Below are positions 41,513 through 49,723 of a stretch of DNA of 64,000 bases, one piece after another. The DNA lies in assembly GCA_030265585.1 (NCBI GenBank), contig JAJDGJ010000001.1, positions 2,388 through 66,387 on the forward strand, in the 5' to 3' direction. How positions within the stretch are numbered: position 1 is the stretch's first letter; each line of letters begins with the position of its first letter. A model generated the notes under the pieces. That model was not told the origin of the DNA, did not search any database, and saw only the letters and a program-made list of their open reading frames with translations. The stretch is from Erysipelotrichaceae bacterium OttesenSCG-928-M19 (GTDB lineage Bacteria; Bacillota_I; Bacilli_A; JAJDGJ01). Position numbers and translations under genes: made by a program.

Positions 41513-41845
41513 CTACACCTCTTTTTTTATTTTTTCTGATAATTTTATTAAATCATTCAGATTTTTAGCATAACTTTGTTGATGATAGTTAGCACGTATC
41601 ATAATTACATAATCATAAGATTTTTGATAATCAAAAACTTGTGCTATCATCATTCTAATTTGTCTTTTGATCTTATTTCTTACTACTGCATTACCATGTT
41701 TTTTCCCAACACTTAACCCAAATCTAGCGTGATTTAAATTATTCTTTCTAAAATAAACTGTAAAGGTTGCATTAGTGACAAATTTCTTATTACTTATTAA
41801 TTCTTTAAAATCCCTATTTTCTAATAGTCTAAATTTTTTTTGCAT
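41513..41845 (-). CDS. rnpA: Ribonuclease P protein component
   Basis: RFGLSVGKKHGNAVVRNKIKRQIR (RNR motif). Confidence 0.95.
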   Translation of the reverse strand: MQKKFRLLENRDFKELISNKKFVTNATFTVYFRKNNLNHARFGLSVGKKHGNAVVRNKIKRQIRMMIAQVFDYQKSYDYVIMIRANYHQQSYAKNLNDLIKLSEKIKKEV

Positions 41846-41870
41846 TGTCTTTTACCTTTTTAAAAAAGTG

Positions 41871-41892
41871 AAAAAACCTCCTTACGGAGGTT
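41871..41892 (-). terminator. Terminator after rpmH
   Basis: AACCTCC-gtaa-GGAGGTT followed by a T run on the minus strand. Confidence 0.7.
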
Positions 41893-41897
41893 ATATA

Positions 41898-42032
41898 TTA
41901 CGCAGATAATACCTTACGTCCCTTTTTTCTTCTTCTTGCTAGAACATGACGTCCGCCAACTGATGACATTCTTGCTCTAAACCCATGAACTTTTTTTCTT
42001 TTTCTATTATTTGGCTGAAATGTACGTTTCAT
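41898..42032 (-). CDS. rpmH: 50S ribosomal protein L34 (not in ORF track)
   Basis: Manual translation [44 protein letters not shown]; RBS AAGGAGG. Confidence 0.97.
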   Translation of the reverse strand: MKRTFQPNNRKRKKVHGFRARMSSVGGRHVLARRRKKGRKVLSA

Positions 42033-42147
42033 TATTTAGCCTCCTTTTCTCTATTAAGTCATCTCGACACAAAAAATTTGTATCCTTACTTATTTTACAT
42101 AATTTCATGCTGAATGTCAATGTAAAACAGAGATAGAATGCTTGTTT

Positions 42148-42924
42148 TTAGTTATAAAGTAAGGCAAAAACAATAAATACTAATGGTGCTATTACCTCAA
42201 CCATAATAATAAAATAACCACACAAATCACCATTCATCTCTTTAAAGTGCAATTTAAAGAGGCGATTAAAATAAATTGTGTAGATTAGAGCACTACCTAG
42301 CAATGCTAAACAAAGGACAAAAATATTAATGTGTCCAAAAAGTAAAGCTAAACCTATTATGATTATTAAATATAAGAAAACAAAAATTAAGTATCTTTTT
42401 TCTATTTCTTCACTTATTAAATTATCTAACATATCATTTTTCTCTTTAGCATTATTACACACTAATAATAAGATTAAGGTTCTTGAAATAATTGGTATAA
42501 TTAATAAAATAATACCTAAATTATATTTTACAAGATAGTAATACATTATAAAATATAATAATGCTGCTACAAAGAAATAAATTAAACCAAAAGCCCCAAT
42601 TGTTGAATCCTTAATGATTCGCTTTTTTTCTTCATAATTACGATATGATTTAAAAGCATCCATACTATCAATATAACCATCAAAGTGAATGCCACCAGTA
42701 ACAACAATATTAACTAAAAATAATGCAATTGCTACTATAATAGTTTCATTTATTAAAGTAGTTAAAATTGTAAAAACAACAAAATAAATAACTCCTAAAA
42801 CTAATCCCACTAGCGGTAAACAAAAGAAAGTATATTTAGTGTTTTTTTCATTATACGCAATTTGTGGTGTTGGTATTTTGGTAAATGTTGATAGTGTAAA
42901 TAAGAAATTAGCTAATATCGACAT
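42148..42924 (-). CDS. cobS: Adenosylcobinamide-GDP ribazoletransferase (cobalamin synthase)
   Basis: TFTKIP, TGGIHFDGYIDSMDA, KDSTIGAFG, NGDLCG. Confidence 0.9.
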   Translation of the reverse strand: MSILANFLFTLSTFTKIPTPQIAYNEKNTKYTFFCLPLVGLVLGVIYFVVFTILTTLINETIIVAIALFLVNIVVTGGIHFDGYIDSMDAFKSYRNYEEKKRIIKDSTIGAFGLIYFFVAALLYFIMYYYLVKYNLGIILLIIPIISRTLILLLVCNNAKEKNDMLDNLISEEIEKRYLIFVFLYLIIIIGLALLFGHINIFVLCLALLGSALIYTIYFNRLFKLHFKEMNGDLCGYFIIMVEVIAPLVFIVFALLYN

Positions 42925-43396
42925 AGCGAGCTAAAGCTCCTTTTGCTGGTCTAAGTACAGCTACTGCAATCAATAAGTTAGCAATTGTTGCTGGAGCTAA
43001 CATTATAATTAAACCAGAATATACTTCCACACTAAATGGTTGTACAACAAACACTACCAATGGAGCAATAAAAGCATTAATTAAAAATATAACACCCATC
43101 CCAACTGCAACATTAAATTTCTTAGCTAAAATTGCTGCTAAATATAACATTATAAACATTATTGCGGCTGTCATTAAATGAATTGGTACCCCTAATGGCA
43201 TAAAACCAACCCCAGCTGCTGAAAGCAAATGTCCAAGTGCTCCAATAACAGCCCCCTTATAATCTTTAAATATAAAGACTGCTAGAAAGGCTGGTGCACT
43301 ATCTAACGCAATACTAGTTCCTGGAATTTTAACTAATCCTAGAACAAATGAAAGTGCTACAAGTAAACCAATAACGGCAATATCTTTTGTTTTCAT
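42908..43396 (-). CDS. ECF transporter S component, CblT-like (alpha-ribazole/lower-ligand uptake)
   Basis: KIPGTSIALDSAPAF, GALGHLLSA..GF.PLG.PIH; located between cobU and cobS. Confidence 0.75.
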   Translation of the reverse strand: MKTKDIAVIGLLVALSFVLGLVKIPGTSIALDSAPAFLAVFIFKDYKGAVIGALGHLLSAAGVGFMPLGVPIHLMTAAIMFIMLYLAAILAKKFNVAVGMGVIFLINAFIAPLVVFVVQPFSVEVYSGLIIMLAPATIANLLIAVAVLRPAKGALARYVDIS

Positions 43397-43400
43397 ATTT

Positions 43401-43925
43401 CTACCCCTTAATTTTTATATTTTGACCACAAACAACTAAATAAACTTCATCAACTTTATTTGCGACATAGCGATTAATTCTTCCTAATAAATCTCGATAT
43501 ACTCTCTCCACTTGATTAGTTGGAACTAAACCATTCCCAACTTCATTAGTAACTACGGTAATATTGTAGCAGTTTTCAAATAATTTATCTATTTCATTCA
43601 TCAAATACTTTTCAATTTCACTAACTTTTTCATTAGATATATCATCTATATTCTTAGTGAAATAATATAAGACATTAGAACAGAAGACACTCAAACAATC
43701 CAATAAAATATCATTTGACTTAATATCTAAAGTATAACTTACTTCCTTAGTTTGCCAGTTACTATTTCTTTGTAATTGATGCCTTTTAATACGCGCTGCC
43801 ATTTCCTCATCATTATGATCATTAATATAAGTTGCAACATAGAGAACATCATCATTTTCTTTTAAGAGCGACTCTGCAAACTCAGATTTACCACTTCGAG
43901 CTCCTCCAGTAATTAGTTTATTCAT
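43401..43925 (-). CDS. cobU: Adenosylcobinamide kinase/guanylyltransferase
   Basis: ITGGARSGKSEFAE, EMAARIKRHQ, LDCL, VTNEVG.G..P, YRDLLGRIN. Confidence 0.93.
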   Translation of the reverse strand: MNKLITGGARSGKSEFAESLLKENDDVLYVATYINDHNDEEMAARIKRHQLQRNSNWQTKEVSYTLDIKSNDILLDCLSVFCSNVLYYFTKNIDDISNEKVSEIEKYLMNEIDKLFENCYNITVVTNEVGNGLVPTNQVERVYRDLLGRINRYVANKVDEVYLVVCGQNIKIKG

Positions 43926-43967
43926 AGTTGACCTCCCTTTACTTAGATCTAAACTATTAGTCTACAC

Positions 43968-43999
43968 AAAAGAAAAACTATAACGCATGAGTTATAGTT
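43968..43999 (-). terminator. Expression-platform terminator of the B12 riboswitch
   Basis: AACTATAAC-tcatgc-GTTATAGTT followed by TTTCTTTT. Confidence 0.75.
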
Positions 44000-44012
44000 A
44001 ATAAACAAATAT

Positions 44013-44120
44013 ATCTCATACCTAGTAAGATTTTTAAATATGTTTCTGACTTAGTATAAGAATACTTTACAGTTGCTAGGACAGTTTTAGATTTTCACTA
44101 AATTCCATATATAATCTACA
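44013..44120 (-). ncRNA. Compact cobalamin riboswitch
   Basis: GGAA..TTTAGTGAAAATCTAAA (T-loop hairpin), ACTGTCCTAGCAACTGTAA, AAGTCAGAAAC B12 box; L5 CCTAG is complementary to L13 CTAGG; upstream of cobU; TTGACA-18-TATAAT promoter at 44155-44126. Confidence 0.8.
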
Positions 44121-44297
44121 TCTAGATTATACTAAATATTAGGTAGATGTGTCAAATTAACAATTGCTGTTTTGAATAAACAAGTAAAGTTAAAATAATC
44201 AAATGTGTTAGTTATTTCACCACTAAATCTTTTTAATTTCTAATGCTTAAATTTTATTGCTTAATTCCCCTTAATTTTAGTGGCTTTTAAAAAGCTA

Positions 44298-45608
44298 TTA
44301 TTTATTTAAATTACACACAAATTCACAAACATTGTTTATCATATACAAAGGTAAGTCTACTATTTTACTACCGCTATTATAATTCAGTAATGAAGTTCTA
44401 ATAGCTAATTCTGGTTGATGTATTTCAATATAACTTTTTAAACTTTTTGCTCTGATATTGAAACCAGATTTCACCTCTATAGGAATTATTTTATTACTAA
44501 TATCTACCACAAAATCAATTTCAGTCTGCGTATTTTTATTATGCCAGTAACCTATTGCTATATTTGATTGTTGTAATTGTTGGACAACATATTGTTCAGC
44601 TAAAGCTCCTTTAAACTCTGTAAATACTTTATCATCTTTTAAAAGAATATCTGCATTAACATTTAATAAGTTAGACAACAAACCAACATCTAACATAAAT
44701 ACTTTAAAGGTTGACTCATCAAAATAGAATTTTAATGGCGCTGCTATCTTTGTAGACCTTTTAATTAAAGTTATTAAGCCTGTGTTCTCTAACCACCCTA
44801 AGGCTTCTTCATGTGTTCTTGCGCGTGCATTAATCTCAACACTACTATATTTAAACTTCTTTCTTTCTTGAGCTAATTGCATTGGTATGCTTTCAAATAT
44901 TTTTATGATTTTTGGCACCAAATTATGTGGTGCATGTTTTGAAAAATCTTGTAAATAACCATTAAGCAATTCATTTTGTATTTCTTTTACTTCACTATAA
45001 TTTTCATTCTCTACAAATGATTGAACAACTTCAGGCATACCCCCAACAAGATAATATTCCTTTAACTTATTAATTAAGATATGAGAAACATTTTCAATTG
45101 TTTTATAATCGTATTCCTTTATTAGTGATGCATATCTTTCATTTCCAGTAGCCTTTAGAAACTCGAGATAAGTCATTGGATAAATATTTAAAAAATTAAC
45201 CTTTCCAACAGGAAATGAACTTTTAGCATGTAATTTTACACCTAAAAAAGAACCCGCAGCAATAATATGATATTCATTTGCTTGTTCATTAAAATATTTT
45301 AATGACTTTAAAGCATTATCTGATTCTTGAATTTCATCAAAAATAATTAAAGTATTTTCTTTATTTATTTCAATATTATTTATTAATTCAATATATTTAA
45401 TAATTTTATGCGCATCTAAGCCTTCACTAAAAATATCCTCGATATCTTTTTCTTCAAAATTCAAATAAACATAACTGTCATAATAGTTTTCGCCAAAGCT
45501 TTTCATTAGCCAAGTTTTTCCTACTTGTCGAGCTCCTTGAAGAATTAAAGGTTTTCTTCTATTACTGTTTTTCCAAGCAATTAAGTCCTTGATAATTTCT
45601 CTTTCCAT
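44298..45608 (-). CDS. AAA_14 ATPase with DUF4143 and C-terminal PD-(D/E)xK-like domain
   Basis: LQGARQVGKT, IFDEIQ, VGGMPE, DVGLL, EIDFVV..IPIEVKS. Confidence 0.88.
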   Translation of the reverse strand: MEREIIKDLIAWKNSNRRKPLILQGARQVGKTWLMKSFGENYYDSYVYLNFEEKDIEDIFSEGLDAHKIIKYIELINNIEINKENTLIIFDEIQESDNALKSLKYFNEQANEYHIIAAGSFLGVKLHAKSSFPVGKVNFLNIYPMTYLEFLKATGNERYASLIKEYDYKTIENVSHILINKLKEYYLVGGMPEVVQSFVENENYSEVKEIQNELLNGYLQDFSKHAPHNLVPKIIKIFESIPMQLAQERKKFKYSSVEINARARTHEEALGWLENTGLITLIKRSTKIAAPLKFYFDESTFKVFMLDVGLLSNLLNVNADILLKDDKVFTEFKGALAEQYVVQQLQQSNIAIGYWHNKNTQTEIDFVVDISNKIIPIEVKSGFNIRAKSLKSYIEIHQPELAIRTSLLNYNSGSKIVDLPLYMINNVCEFVCNLNK

Positions 45609-45645
45609 AGTTATCACCAAGACTATTTTACCATATATTGTTTAA

Positions 45646-45707
45646 TTTGTCCATTTTTCAGTACATAATAATGGTATATTTGACCACTTTTAAGTACATA
45701 AAAATGG
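45646..45707. repeat. Two 29-bp direct repeats (33-bp period) over the AAA_14 promoter
   Basis: TTTGTCCATTTTTCAGTACATAATAATGG and TTTGACCACTTTTAAGTACATAAAAATGG; the first overlaps the -35 of TGGACA-17-TAAAAT. Confidence 0.75.
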
Positions 45708-45733
45708 CTGTAAAGCCATTTTTTGGTAGATAG

Positions 45734-47476
45734 TTAATTATTGTTCGCTATCTTTTCTATCTTTTCATGTAATTCTAGCCATCTTTCAGTTTTATTATCC
45801 AATAGCTCACTAACTTCGTTTTGTCTTTGTTGAAGCTCGATAATTTTTTGATAATCATCTCCTGCTTTAGTCATCTCTTGTGTAATAACAAGTAATTCTT
45901 GTTGTAGTTTCTCTATTTCATCATCAATAACTGCTAAATCTTTTTGTTCTTGATATGAGAGACGCAATTTCTTTTCCTTAACATATTCCTTTTTTGAGTC
46001 TTTTTGTTTAGAACTATTTGTTTTACTATTCTTTAAATAACTAGTGTAATCATCAAAACTAAATGATATTTGTTTATTGTTAATAATCCATAAACTATTA
46101 ATAACCTTATCCATAAAATAACGATCATGACTAACTAAGACAATAACGCCATTAAAGTTTAATAAATAGTCTTCTAAGATTGTTAAAGTTGTAATATCTA
46201 AATCATTGGTTGGTTCATCTAAAATCAAGAAGTTTGGTGCCTTCATTAAAACACCTACAAGAAGTAAACGTCTACGTTCACCACCGGACAATTTTTCAAT
46301 CAAAGAATATTGTTGACTTGCATCAAAGAGAAACTCTTCCAAAAAAGCACTAGCACTTACTTGTCCATCTTTAGTTTGGATGTATTCCGCTTTATCCTTG
46401 ATGTAATCAATTACACGTTTTGAGCTATCTAAATCATCACTAAATTGTGAAAAATAGCCAATTTTAACGGTTGTTCCATAATCTAAATTACCAGCTAAAG
46501 GAGTTAATTGTTGTGCTAAAACATTTAAGAAACTTGATTTACCACTACCATTAACACCAACTAAACCTATTCGATCATCATGTTTAAAAATATAGGAGAA
46601 ATCATTAATTAAGATATTATTTTCATAACCTATTTGTAAATTGTTAAGCTCAAGAATTTTTTTACCTAAACGAGATTGTCTTGAATCTATAGTCAGTTCA
46701 GCCTCTTTTTCTACAACAACACTTTCTTTAAGCTTTTCATATCTAGTTATACGATCTTTATTTTTTGTTGAACGCGCTTTAGGACCTTGTATGATCCATT
46801 TCTTTTCATCTCTTAAAAGAGCAATTTGTTTTCTATGACTTGCTTTTTGTGATTCTAATCGTTGTGCTTTTAGCTCTAAATAGACTTGATAGTTTCCTTC
46901 ATATTCAAAAAGCTTTCCTTTATCTAGTTCAATTATTTTGGTAACAATCCTTTCCAAAAAATAACGATCATGACTAATCATTACGATAGCACAATTAATT
47001 TTTTTAAGATAATCCTCTAACCATTCAATCATATTAGCATCTAAATGATTGGTAGGTTCATCAAGTAATAGTAAATCAACTTTATTAACCAAAACTTTAG
47101 CAAGCATTAGTCTTTTCTTTTGACCACCAGATAATGCTGTTATTTTTTTATCATAATCATCTAATTCTAATTTATTTAAAATACTCTTGGCCTCAAATAA
47201 ATCAGCATCACTAGCACTAACATAATCAAGAATATTATCAGTTTCAAAGTTTGTTGTTTCCTGAGCTAAATAAGCAATTCTTATATTATTCTTTACCATG
47301 CATTGTTCATTGCTTAATTCATGATAATTATTAATTATTTTTAATAGTGTTGATTTACCACTACCATTTAAACCAATTAAACCGATTTTAGCAGTAGCTT
47401 GAATATTAAAATCAATATTATCCAAAATTATCTTGTCATTATATTCAACAAAAATATTTTTTAAACTCATCAGCAT
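45734..47476 (-). CDS. ABC-F family ATPase (Uup/YfmR-like)
   Basis: Two ABC cassettes (GLNGSGKS, LSGGQ, DEPTNHLD; GVNGSGKS, LSGGE, DEPTNDLD), no TM, C-terminal coiled coil. Confidence 0.9.
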   Translation of the reverse strand: MLMSLKNIFVEYNDKIILDNIDFNIQATAKIGLIGLNGSGKSTLLKIINNYHELSNEQCMVKNNIRIAYLAQETTNFETDNILDYVSASDADLFEAKSILNKLELDDYDKKITALSGGQKKRLMLAKVLVNKVDLLLLDEPTNHLDANMIEWLEDYLKKINCAIVMISHDRYFLERIVTKIIELDKGKLFEYEGNYQVYLELKAQRLESQKASHRKQIALLRDEKKWIIQGPKARSTKNKDRITRYEKLKESVVVEKEAELTIDSRQSRLGKKILELNNLQIGYENNILINDFSYIFKHDDRIGLVGVNGSGKSSFLNVLAQQLTPLAGNLDYGTTVKIGYFSQFSDDLDSSKRVIDYIKDKAEYIQTKDGQVSASAFLEEFLFDASQQYSLIEKLSGGERRRLLLVGVLMKAPNFLILDEPTNDLDITTLTILEDYLLNFNGVIVLVSHDRYFMDKVINSLWIINNKQISFSFDDYTSYLKNSKTNSSKQKDSKKEYVKEKKLRLSYQEQKDLAVIDDEIEKLQQELLVITQEMTKAGDDYQKIIELQQRQNEVSELLDNKTERWLELHEKIEKIANNN

Positions 47477-47535
47477 AATATCACCCTATAAAATTATAAC
47501 ACACTAACTATTATTAACAAAAAACAAATATGAGC

Positions 47536-48555
47536 TTATTCTTTTTCATTAACTAAATAATCATAAATCGTTTTATAAACAGGAATTCCCTTTTTTTGAT
47601 ATTCTTCATAGATTCTTTGCGAGTTTTCACCAGGAACATTAACTCTAGCAAAACCTTCAGCTGGACTAATATCATGTAATTCCTTAATCATTTGTGCAAT
47701 ATCATCCTTAAAATGAACATTCCCAAAATAGTTAGGATTAATAACTAAGATAAATTGTCCTAGGCTACGACCCTTTTCAAATTCATTTGAATAAGAAACA
47801 TGTTTACCAAAGTTTAAACCTAACAATGAGCCTGCAAGTATATCAATCAACATCATTAAACCATAACCTTTAGCACCAGCCATTGGTAGCATTGCATAGA
47901 CTTGATTAGGATCTGTCGTTTCTCTTCCTTCCTTATCAATAGCCCAACCCTGTGGGATTTTCTCATTCTTTAATCTAGCATTTGCTACTTTACCCCATGC
48001 CTGAATAGAGGTTGCCATATCAAAAACAATTGGTTCACCATTACTTTGTGGAATAGCATAACCTAGTGGATTGGTTCCAAAATAAACTTCTTTACCACCA
48101 TAAGGTACCACACCTGGATCAGATTGGCACATCGTTAAAGCAATTAGATCTTCCTGTGCTGCAAGGCGAAGATAATATGACATTGTTCCTGCATGATCAG
48201 TATTTTTCACTCCAACAACACCGATACCATTTTCTTTTGCAAGAGCTATGGCTTGTTTCATTGCTTGCTTTACGACAACAAAACCTAGACCATTATCTCC
48301 TTCATATAGTCCTGAACATGGTCCTGTTTGTTTAAAACTTACCTTTGGTTTAAGATTAGTCCCCCCTGCTTTAATTCTCTTACAATAGTATCTAATGCGA
48401 TTAACACCATGAGAATGAACCCCTCGTGCATCCGCATATATTAAATGATTAACAACCTCACTAGCATCATCGTTTTTAAGTCCTGCCTTAAGTAATTTTC
48501 TTAGCGCTAGTTCTCTTAGTTGTACTTCTTTGACATAAACATAATCTTCACTCAT
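47536..48555 (-). CDS. allD: Ureidoglycolate dehydrogenase-like (Ldh_2 family)
   Basis: YADARGVHSHG..RYY..RI..GGTN, MCQSDP, YFGTNP, FDMATS.QAWGK, KGYGLM. Confidence 0.8.
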   Translation of the reverse strand: MSEDYVYVKEVQLRELALRKLLKAGLKNDDASEVVNHLIYADARGVHSHGVNRIRYYCKRIKAGGTNLKPKVSFKQTGPCSGLYEGDNGLGFVVVKQAMKQAIALAKENGIGVVGVKNTDHAGTMSYYLRLAAQEDLIALTMCQSDPGVVPYGGKEVYFGTNPLGYAIPQSNGEPIVFDMATSIQAWGKVANARLKNEKIPQGWAIDKEGRETTDPNQVYAMLPMAGAKGYGLMMLIDILAGSLLGLNFGKHVSYSNEFEKGRSLGQFILVINPNYFGNVHFKDDIAQMIKELHDISPAEGFARVNVPGENSQRIYEEYQKKGIPVYKTIYDYLVNEKE

Positions 48556-48670
48556 GCTTATCACCTCACTATAATTATACAATTATTTAGCCTTTGTAGT
48601 CCCTAAAAGAGCAACTAATATCTGACTTAAGATAAAAAATGAGATTATAAAGTAACCCCATTTTATCATC

Positions 48671-49177
48671 TTATTTGTCATAACTATCAATAACCATTCT
48701 GATAGCATCTTTCTCCCAACGATAACGCTTCAATTCAGGATGTAAAGTTGCTTTCAAGACATTATCATAAAAGTCTAATGATGGTTTATTCCAACCAAAG
48801 CAAAACCATTCAATTCTTTCTAATTTGCGTTGCTCGCAGATAAGTCCTAATTGACAAAGCATTTCCTTGCCTAATCCTAATTTACGATAATCTTCCAAAA
48901 TAAATAAATCATCGAGATAAAGATAGCTTTGACAAAGAAATGTTGAAAATATTTTACAGAACACACAAAAGCCAACTGGTTTATTTTGATAGTAGCCAAT
49001 TAAAACTTCTGCTTCACCGTTTTCAAAGATACTCTTTTTTAGATCATCAACACTACCAACAACGCCATCTTTCATTTCTTCATAGTCTGCTAGAGCAATA
49101 ATAAAATCATAGACTAGCTCAACATCATCAATAGTTGCTTGCTTTAAATAATAGTCTGGTATTCTTGTAGTAATCAT
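48671..49177 (-). CDS. GNAT acetyltransferase (SSAT-like)
   Basis: LADYE, FSTF, LYLDDLFILEDYRKLGLG, WN.PS..FY. Confidence 0.85.
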   Translation of the reverse strand: MITTRIPDYYLKQATIDDVELVYDFIIALADYEEMKDGVVGSVDDLKKSIFENGEAEVLIGYYQNKPVGFCVFCKIFSTFLCQSYLYLDDLFILEDYRKLGLGKEMLCQLGLICEQRKLERIEWFCFGWNKPSLDFYDNVLKATLHPELKRYRWEKDAIRMVIDSYDK

Positions 49178-49186
49178 AGTATAAAC

Positions 49187-49711
49187 CTAGTCTTTCTTAT
49201 TAACTAATTTATGAATACCTTGTTCATCAAGTCTAAAACGAATCCATTCTGGATGTGCTTTAGCACCAATAACATCTTCATAAAATCTTATTGATGGTTC
49301 ATTCCAATCAATACATACCCACTCAAAACGAGTACAATCTTTTTCTTTTGCTAGACAAGCTAATTGATAAAAAATCTCTCTACCAAAACCACGATTACGA
49401 TATTCTTCATCAATATAAACATCTTCTAAATACAAGACACCTTTACAAGTGAAAGTTGAAAAATTAATAAAATATAGACAGAAACCAACTGGTTCATTAT
49501 TAAAGAAAGCTAACATTACTTGAGCATAATTATTATCCCAAATATTTTTCTCTAAATCACTAATTGTCCCAGTAACATCATCAGGCATTTTTTCATAGAT
49601 TGCTAATTGATTTATATAATGATAAACCATCTTGGCATCTTCTTTAGTTGCTTGTTTTAAAGTAAACCCTTCTATTCTTGTTTTAATCATCATTACCCTC
49701 TCCTTTTTCAT
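49187..49711 (-). CDS. GNAT acetyltransferase (SSAT-like), paralog of the neighbour
   Basis: LAIYE, FSTF, LYLEDVYIDEEYRNRGFG, DWNEPSIRFY. Confidence 0.88.
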   Translation of the reverse strand: MKKERVMMIKTRIEGFTLKQATKEDAKMVYHYINQLAIYEKMPDDVTGTISDLEKNIWDNNYAQVMLAFFNNEPVGFCLYFINFSTFTCKGVLYLEDVYIDEEYRNRGFGREIFYQLACLAKEKDCTRFEWVCIDWNEPSIRFYEDVIGAKAHPEWIRFRLDEQGIHKLVNKKD

Positions 49712-49723
49712 AACTATAACATA

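Noticed and set aside
42033-42147. oriC next to rpmH
   Set aside because: No DnaA-box cluster and no dnaA; only a short promoter region.
44160-44297. Possible MITE or small RNA (CCACTAAA..TTTAGTGG inverted ends, repeated TTAATT)
   Set aside because: Short low-complexity matches expected in AT-rich DNA; no second copy or target-site duplication seen.
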